Part shown: positions 55,441-64,000 of the stretch, one piece after another
How the letters are laid out: each line of letters begins with the position of its first letter
Position numbering within the stretch: the first letter of the stretch is position 1
DNA from: Octopus vulgaris
Taxonomy: Eukaryota
Reading direction: 5' to 3'
Length of the DNA: 64,000 bases
NCBI GenBank assembly: GCA_951406725.2
Contig: OX597817.1
Location: 109,430,001-109,494,000 of the forward strand
The notes under the pieces: generated by a model
Seen by the model: the letters and a program-made list of their open reading frames with translations, nothing else
What the model was told of the DNA's origin: nothing
Databases searched by the model: none
Program-made: the position numbers and the translations under genes

Positions 55441-56009
55441 AGTGATCATATTTCGAACAATTGAATCAGAATAAGTAGAAAAGAGTGAGTAAAAGACACA
55501 GACTTTTTGCTTGGCTGAAGAGTGTATAGCTTGGTAAACCTGCTGTATCTCTGCATATCAGAATTTTCCTCCTCCGAAGATGAAAATATATGTTGTCTTA
55601 TGTCAGACTTCAACAATTCTTTGTACGGCCACGGCCTGTTGGAAGTTTCAGCTAAATTTCCTGCAAGTCACACAGTTGTATAGTCAATAATGACTATACA
55701 TTAGACAATATAGGTTGTGTGCTCTATCAAAATGCGAGAGTCACGACTGGAACACTTTTTGCTATATGCTTGCTTGAAAATGGCAGATTTGGGGGAAAAC
55801 AATACCAAGCATGTTATGCTACCAGCCCATAAAGGAAAGCGTCTGACCTGTCACTCAACTAACTAGAGATCGCAAGGAAAATCCTAGCTATCCCCCTTTA
55901 TATCGTCTTAAATGAAAGGAAATACTGGACAATATAGCATTGAGAATGTATGTCTGTGTGTGTGTCTGTTATACAGATAGCATCGCACACACACACACAC
56001 ACAAACATT

Positions 56010-56200
56010 GTGGAGGTGCGTAGTTTAGTCGTTACGCTGTTGATGTCTTGATCGTAATATTGTGGTTTCGATCCATGAACTGGGCGATGCGTCGTGTCCT
56101 TGAGCAAAACACTTCTTTACACGTTGCTCCAGTCCATTCAGCTGGTAAAAATAAGTAATCCTGCGACAGACAGGCCCCACGACCAATTTGGGAAATATAT
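56010..56200 (+). mobile_element. SINE family C, diverged
   Basis: GGTTTCGATCC...GTGTCCTTGAGCAAAACACTT...TTGCTCCAGTCCATTCAGCTGG. Confidence 0.75.
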
Positions 56201-56271
56201 ACACCTCAAAATCCTAGTCGCGGTTACAGCGTTTTGATATACATACAAGCATATATGTATATACACACACA

Positions 56272-56309
<38 letters not shown>

Positions 56310-59300
56310 TTACGCATAAACCCGGGGAAAACCAGCAGAAGGCGCTAAGTAATTCTTATCTGATTCGCAAAACCCACTTTTTATATGCACATTTGATTTC
56401 GTCTACTTTTTTTCCGTGTAAATGTATTTTGTAAGTCTAAATATTTAACATTTTCGTCTAGCAAGAAAACGAAGTTTAATTTTATACTCACTGGAAAAAT
56501 AATAAAATTAGAGTGAAATTGGCAAAAATGTTTCGAACTTCTATAAATTTTTGTTCGCGGAATTTACAGTAGAAATTGATGGCTTTCATTACCTTTGATA
56601 CTTTCTTTTACTTCTGAAAATTTATTTTAAAATGAAATTAGTAATTGGATTTTCTCATCTTTGAGGTGTTTTGTTGTGTTTTCCAATCAATATCACTATC
56701 ACTTTAAGATACAGCATCAAAGTAAGAGTTCTATGAAGGCTGTCTTTGAGATTTAAATTGTACCAAAAACAATAGAAGAAACATTTAGATAATGCTCTCT
56801 TCTTGTAACGTTCTGTTTAAACTTTTAAATAATTTACAATAAATCCTACCAGCAAAGGAAGTTGCTGAGAAAAGAAGACAAGATGCAGTAATTCTATGAT
56901 ATCTAAACCGGTATCAGATACGTCATTCGATTTTAACGGCTTGAGTTGTTAGTGTCTCTCTCAAATTTTCTAACAAATATAGCTTCTTTTCCCCAAAACT
57001 AAAATTTATCTTACCATATATCATTTTGTCGAACATACCTCAGCATTGATATCAGGATTATGCTGACGGTTAGATGACTATTTATTTGCTGTTGTTTGTC
57101 TTTTCCGTTTTTTTAAAATTTTTGCTTATCGTTGTGAAGCATTCTGGGAAGTAAAATATTGTGAGCAGCGTTTCAGTGATTGTAATGAATACTTATTCAG
57201 TTGTCAATTGTGAAGTTTTCAAAAGATTGAATAAAAAAAACACAGTACATTAATTTGCAAGATAAACGTATTCAAGAAAGAAGACTAAATAAATATATAT
57301 CATTCTAAAGCTTTAAGTTGTGCGGCTTACTGGTTAAGGCATTGGACTCTCGATTGTAAGATTGTAGGTGCAATAACGATTTGTTTTCTTGAACAAAGCG
57401 CTTCAATTTTTCGTCGTTCCAGTCAACTCAAATGAAACAAGGATTCGTAGCAGCTGGGTTATAACTCCACGTTGAACTCACGTCTTATCCAGAGGAATGG
57501 ACGTAATATCGGTCATTTATACAACTTGTGACCAGGAATAACCTCCAGCCCAATGAGCGTGTAGCCTTTAGAGAGTCAGTTCCTGAAGCGTCGTAGATGA
57601 GGTTGTATCTTTAAGATCATAGCTCATAATAAATGAAGTTATTTCCTGCCATACACATATCCAAAGCTATGAAAAAGGAGTAATTTATGTTTCTGTGAGC
57701 AATACTGTTTTTGTATATTTCTAAAATATTAGCACCAACAAATCAGCCTACTATGCATTCTATTAGGAATCGTATACGAATGAATTGAAATTCGATAATC
57801 TAGTTTATTTTGTGCGATGCATTGATGTTTTGACTACCGCACCTCTTTTATACGAGCGAAATATAAATTTAATAATAAAATAATTCAAAAAAATAATCTC
57901 TCTTTAAATTTTAAACACGGAAATAATAGGCAGAAACAATAATTCCAACGCAATATACTGGCTATTTCAAATATGTTATTATCTATTGTTTAGATTTCAT
58001 AAACGTACACGCTCTACAACGCTTATACAAGCAGAAATGGTAAATGGAAAACATATATTTTCACAACCCTATTGTATCTGATCACTCCGAGAAACAAATC
58101 TATCAAATATATTTTTTATTAGAGTTAGCTATTTTTCTGTATGAAACTCGAAAGAAATAATGCAGAAAATTATGGGCCTCCTGAAATAACGCAATGAGCT
58201 ATAAGAAAACATTTACCGAATCAATGTAAATTTGTTTTTATATATTTCTTTTATATCGGGAACTGAATAAAGACGTTAAAAACTGCAACACCTAATGTTT
58301 CTTTAATTTGATGTATTCTCGAACATGCTGTCTAAAATATAACTCTAATTAAATGTGCGTGTTTACGTGACCTTTAGAATTTATTCAAAAATTATTTCTC
58401 ATTTATTTCAATTATTACGCTAATAAAATAAATGGAAATGCATCCCACGCTATACAAGAAATCCTGCTGCTGCTTGTACGTACAGAACATTCAAACTAAT
58501 TACGTCTAGTGCTTTCAAAATATAATTTTTTTCTTGGCTCTTTGAAATATCTACACTGTATGAACAATATCTGAATTTTATTAAATAATTAAATGAACAT
58601 TGTTAAATGTACTGCTTGAAAATCATCTCGGTGCTCTTCACAATAATACATGGCTAATTTAACTGCTTGTATTAATGATAATGTTCTCAACAGTATACTG
58701 ACATCGACAACTGAGAATTTACTGATACGTAATGACAGGCAATGTTTCATATTTGCGTTGTTTAGTAACAAAATAGAATGAGATCAATAAATACGTCACT
58801 CTGTTTTTAATAGACTCCAAAGTAAGATGTTTCGAAGAACACGGATACAATGAATTTAATATATTCAGCAACTACGTGTTTCAGCTAACATCTTACATAT
58901 AAATATCCAATACAATTCGCAGTATTATTTCAAATACGTTATCAGATAAATATTAGACTTACTTTCATTCATTTCGTTCAAGATATTATTTTTCAAGACT
59001 ATAGAGTACTAGTTGACATTTAAATATAATACCCACATGCACTAACATATGTGCTTGTGTATGTGTGTATGTAATTATGTACGTGTGCGCGTGCATCTGT
59101 GTGTGTGTATACGTGTACAATGCTACATTTAATTTATTTATAAAAACAATCAGCCTCTGGAATACGAAACAGTTTCAAGAATTTTAAAAATTCAGAAGAG
59201 CAGATATTTCTGGAACGGATCTGAAAGAATATTTTTGCAATTTCGTTTCTTTTTTTAAAACTAAATTTACACTGAATACAGTAATATAAATGAATAGGTG

Positions 59301-61611
59301 TAATTAGAATGAAGATAGGTCATTAACACATAATAGCAATAGTAAATTACTATCAATAGTTTCATTGATAGGATGGTATGTTATTGAGAATCAGAAGGAA
59401 GCTTTTGCTGAACCAAATCTAATATACTTTTTCAAAACCCAATAACAGTTGCGGTGTAAATTCGTGAATTCACTTCTAAAAACATGAAACTCACAACATC
59501 ATTTTTATCATTTATTTAATTTCTGCATTTGTTGCATGTATTGAGGAATAGTTTTCAATGAGTATTGAGCATTATAGTCGGGCCAAGATCTAGTTTGTTT
59601 CTTTGACAGGTTCAGTATCTGGCCTCTTTGCTTACCCATTTGGCGGATGGGCGAAATATTTAGCGCCCCAGAGGAAATTGCTTGCGATATTTGTTTCAGA
59701 TCATAATAATCTGAGTTCAGATCCAGCTGAGGCCAAATTAATATCTCAATCACTTCGGGGTCGATAAAATAAACTATCGGTCAAGTATTATGGTCGATAT
59801 TATTGACTAATACCTAACCTCGAAATTGCTAGCATTTTGACTAAATTTGAAGCAATTCGCCGGTTATACAAGGATTAAAGATTAAATTTTGCATATTGGG
59901 AGAGCACTCGGAAATATGAAGTGCCACATTTTAATGACTATGATATTGCTCCTTAACACACATTAACAATTATATCACCTAGATTATGACAAAAGCATAT
60001 AATAAGCATATAATATAGTGTCCTTGTTACATAAATCCAATAAAAAACAAACGTATTTTTTAAACAAAAGGATCATACAACTTTCACTACAAAACAATTT
60101 TGCAATCCTTTTGTGTTTAATTTGATTGTATGACTCACAGAGTATGATTTACTAGGTTATTAATGACTTATAAATATATTTGATGTCTCTTTTATCGATC
60201 TTCTTCATATTTAGTATTTTGTCTTCAGTAAATCTTGGCTATTGTAGTAAAATGAACTTATAGGAACTTTCTGCAGATACAGATAACAAGGTTTCTGATA
60301 ATGTCCGGGACTAATATGTTAAATATATTTAAGCTATAGTAATTTTCAGGGTGACTTATAACCTAGAGCTCAAAACCACTAATTAAATTAAACATCAGTT
60401 GCAATTTATTGTCAATATTGTATTAGCAAACTCCTACTCGGTCTCCAAAACAATAATGACACAATATGAACATTATTCATTCAATCATTCAAAATTTCCA
60501 TTTTATTCTTAATTCTATCCCAGTCTATTTCTACTTGTATTTCAAATATCTATGAATTCAATGACCAGCTTCATACGTGCAATTGTCTATTTGGAAAGTC
60601 CAAAAGGCTATGTAACTCATATACTACGGTGAAATTGTGTTCAACAGACTTCCTCACATACCAATTATTTTTCGATTCTTTACAGTATCACTGGCTACTA
60701 CGGAAATATCTGAAAATTTACAAAATATCTCTCTCACATACCTAACAATACACTCTTCTTTGCTCTCGAATGGCCAGTCACTAAAACAAATTTTAATAGC
60801 TCGCTTCACTGGTTACATACAAAAAGTTTTACCAAGCGCTTGAGTATTTAAATAAGTGTGAAAAGTTTCAGTCAGTTTATTCGTTTCATCTTGTCATAAG
60901 ATTATAACCACTATAGTCTCATAAATCAAACTTTTGTCATCCTTATTGATCTCCAGATTGAAAAGGGTCATATACTGCCTACCGTTTGAAGGAATTTCCC
61001 TTTTGAATCATTTGAAAGATGAGTTAAGTTCAATTTATTATAATCTTTCTCAAAAGAAATTTGACGTTATGCACCAGAATTATAAATGACATTATCTGAT
61101 ACAACGTATTATAATACATAAATTGTTTGGGGGATTTTACGACAAAAATGCCCTTACTAATATAATCTATTTAGAATGTGTAAATGGGTATTCGTATTTT
61201 TCACAAAGACAAAATCCTCAGTGTTAACGAGAATATTATATATCATAGAAATAAATAATTTACTCATGTAGGACTTTACTCTTGGTATATACATATACCC
61301 TCAAATTAAATGGTAGCAATATCTTTCTGCGGCACCAGGCCTAAACTTTAATGAGGAAGGAGTATAGGTGATTAAAACTGAAATTGCTACATTGTCATCG
61401 AATTGAGAAACAGACGCTTTAATATTCAGAACGTAAAACATTGCTAAATGTCTCAAAGTATCTTCAATGACAAGCTGCCGTTTCTATCATTCACCAATTG
61501 CTCTTCTTAGATAATATTAACTACTTTTATAGCAGTGTAATTCTCAGATTTCATGTCAGCGCAAAATTTACAGCGAATTGGTAAAGCCATTCGGAAGTCA
61601 GTTAGACTACC

Positions 61612-61945
61612 TTACTGTTTCAAAGTCAACTTTTTCCTGCCAGTCCATGTTGATGGGTTTGTGGAATTATTTGAGCGCTTGATGGGATAACCTCTGCTTC
61701 CTAACGACACTGGTAAATGCTTCATCGAACTCGTCTTTTTCTTGGGTAGTATCGGTGTAGATGAGACGAGCATCAATGAGCAAGGCGTCATCTTCCTCAA
61801 ACATTTCCAGAAGCATGGGCTTTGGAATAGAACTTCTAATGTGTAAATAGTCAAAACGTCTGTAACAGATGACAATGGTATATGGAAGAAATCTAGAATT
61901 GCGTGGTTCCCAGCCCATCTCACCAATCTGTCGATTCTCCTCTGG
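61612..61945 (-). pseudogene. Coding-like fragment, possibly Polinton/Maverick pPolB-derived
   Basis: LPYTIVICYRRFDYL...EMFEEDDALLIDARLIYTDTTQEKDEFDEAF...LK*FHKPINMDWQEKVDFET. It has a weak resemblance to the PFVIYADFE and KP+.M...K..FE motifs. Confidence 0.3.
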
Positions 61946-62004
61946 CTAAGTCATATATATATATAGAACAAAAGAAGACACTGAAAATAAATTATCTATT
62001 CCAG

Positions 62005-62047
62005 TATTAATAGGTGTATTTCATGTTATAGTAACACTTAGTTAATA
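62005..62047 (-). ncRNA. Decayed hammerhead-like motif
   Basis: Minus strand reads tattaa|ctaag|tgtta-cta-taaca-t|GAAA|tacacc|TA|ttaata. The stems pair but the core has lost bases. Confidence 0.35.
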
Positions 62048-62697
62048 TGCTAACCTTCTCTTTATACGCCAGTGTATTTCAGCTTTTAATTCCATACTGT
62101 TTCTTGTTATCAATCTAAAATTAGAACACGTATCATTCTTAAGTGGCTTCTGCGTGAAGCAAGCAATTAGGCTTTTTAATAGCATACTTTGAAGGAAATA
62201 AGCAAAGCAAGGAGAAAAGTATCAGATGATAGATAACATTTCTGAACTTACTTGTGATTTTACTCATCCATTAGGAACTCGATGCTTCATGAATATAATA
62301 ATTATTGCCGTAATGAATATTTATATACAGTAAGCGTTTCAGGTGATATTTATTTGTCACGTGTTATGTAGATATTTTTAAATGAAGACTAAGATAATAT
62401 AATCAATACGATGTTTTTGAACTTATATACATTAATAAAGGAATGTATTTTTTAAGGGTAACGGCAGTGCCTATGACCCACTGAAGGACTCCGAGTATGC
62501 TGAGAAGCATGAGGAAGATATTGCAAACCGAATAAATATATTCGTTGTAATCATCATACTTGTTTACTTCGGATTTTAAACTGATAGTGTTCTTAGCGGT
62601 GAGAAACTCAGCATTATCTCTAACTTCATTGAATTTCAGAAAGGGTAACACGCATGCATATGTGCTTATGTATGTATATTTCATTATATATACATAT

Positions 62698-62699
<2 letters not shown>

Positions 62700-62748
<49 letters not shown>

Positions 62749-63398
62749 TGTAGTTGTGTGAGTGTCTGTCCCCTTCGATTTAGATTCCTAACTACTCCCA
62801 CATTTTGCGGTGCAGTTTAACCAAATTCGGGTATCTTATAGTCGTGATTCATATCGAGCCCGTCTGAGTATTAGCGCGCGTCTACGATGAGTCTACGATT
62901 TTAAAAATAATTTAACATCATTTTTTATTCCATTTTAATGCATAATTTTTCGTGTGTCGATGGCGGCGGAGTTGGCGTCCATGGTCACACCTGCACCTGT
63001 GTTGCTTCTCCCCCTTCTTCCCTCCCTCGTGAAGCTGTGGGGAAGGGAGTGTAAGGAAATCAACGTCGTAAAGCATTGTCAAGGAGACCAGCGTTCTTTT
63101 AGAACAACGACTTCATGGCTTGAAGACACCAAAACAGAAATGGCTAAGAAAGCGTCTACGATGAGTCTACGATTTTTAAAAAACTTTTACCATCATTTTT
63201 TCCATTTTAATGCATTTTTTCGCTATTATATAAGGGAAGTAATTCTCTAAAAATGTCTACGATGAGTAAACGATTAAAAAAAAAAATTACCATCATTTTT
63301 TATTCCATTTTTAATGCATTTTTTTGCTATAACTCTCTAAAAATGCTTATATAGTTATTTCCCTTACAAACCCGAGCAACGCCGGGCGATACTGCTAG
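62700..63398 (+). mobile_element. Non-autonomous Helitron
   Basis: 3' hairpin CCCGAGCAACGCCGGG (63371-63386), 8-nt spacer, terminal CTAG (63395-63398), then T. The 5' end (TA)nAAAACTGTAGTTGTGTG merges into a TA tract. There are three internal repeats of about 65 bp. Confidence 0.85.
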
Positions 63399-63592
63399 TT
63401 ATTTATAAATATATATAGGGATGGTATTATGAAAAATACCATCACAAGTTGTAAGCGAATTATTAGCCGTACAGGTAAATAAATTAAATATATACATGCA
63501 ATATTAGATATGTACATATATAAATAAGGGTACTACATGAGGGTACTATAAGGGTACTATATTGCTAATTATAGAAGTCAAAAAATACTTCT

Positions 63593-63631
<39 letters not shown>

Positions 63632-63722
63632 AAACAAGATTTGTATTTGAACACTATGCAAATATTCTTTTAAAAAAACTTTCCTTTTAATTTTTCCAAA
63701 ATTTAATTGTTTTCTATACTTA

Positions 63723-63758
63723 CAGTTGAAAAAGTCTCAATGACTGAAACCAGTACTG
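63723..63758 (+). ncRNA. Minimal hammerhead ribozyme, U3:A8 core variant
   Basis: cag|TTGAAAA|agtc-tcaat-gact|GAAA|ccag|TA|ctg. Stem I is 3 bp, stem II is a perfect 4 bp, stem III has a C-G pair, and the triplet is GUA. Confidence 0.6.
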
Positions 63759-64000
63759 ACATGTTTTTTATAAAACTATTTTAGCATTTTCTATCTTGAC
63801 TTTTTTTTCCATATATAACAATTTGTGTGTTCGTTCTCAACCTTCTACATATATAAAATATATATAAAACATTAAAATAGAGAGTGAAAGATTTTGCAAA
63901 TGAAAACGGAAAATTGACATTGAGAAACGTTTTTAATGAAGTGAATCATATATATAAAGCAATATTGTATATATTTAATATAAAAGAAATAAACTGAAGA

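Overview
AT-rich, microsatellite-saturated eukaryotic non-coding DNA. The SINE families and (TA)n/(TG)n/(TATG)n density suggest an octopus or other coleoid cephalopod (inference from recalled repeat families, not checked). No intact host protein-coding gene, rRNA, true tRNA or CRISPR array is supported, and almost every ORF in the track is a translated microsatellite or SINE. The window is a transposon graveyard: three abundant tRNA-derived SINE families, three decayed mariners, a Tigger/pogo fragment, decayed LINEs, a non-autonomous Helitron, and at least six Penelope-like element (PLE) remnants (RT and GIY-YIG fragments). The main hidden signal is a set of minimal type-I hammerhead ribozyme (HHR) folds tied to PLE pseudo-LTRs. 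One has a canonical core (373-415). Two have a U4C core (1350-1386, and 28174-28260 with a long stem II and an upstream antisense arm). Two sequence-unrelated copies carry the compensatory U3:A8 core (22021-22070, 63723-63758). Several more are decayed. Also notable are a 72-bp templated insertion copied from 3.3 kb away, a 230-bp fold-back palindrome, head-less tandem SINE multimers and closely spaced inverted SINE pairs. All calls were read by eye, so TE boundaries are approximate.
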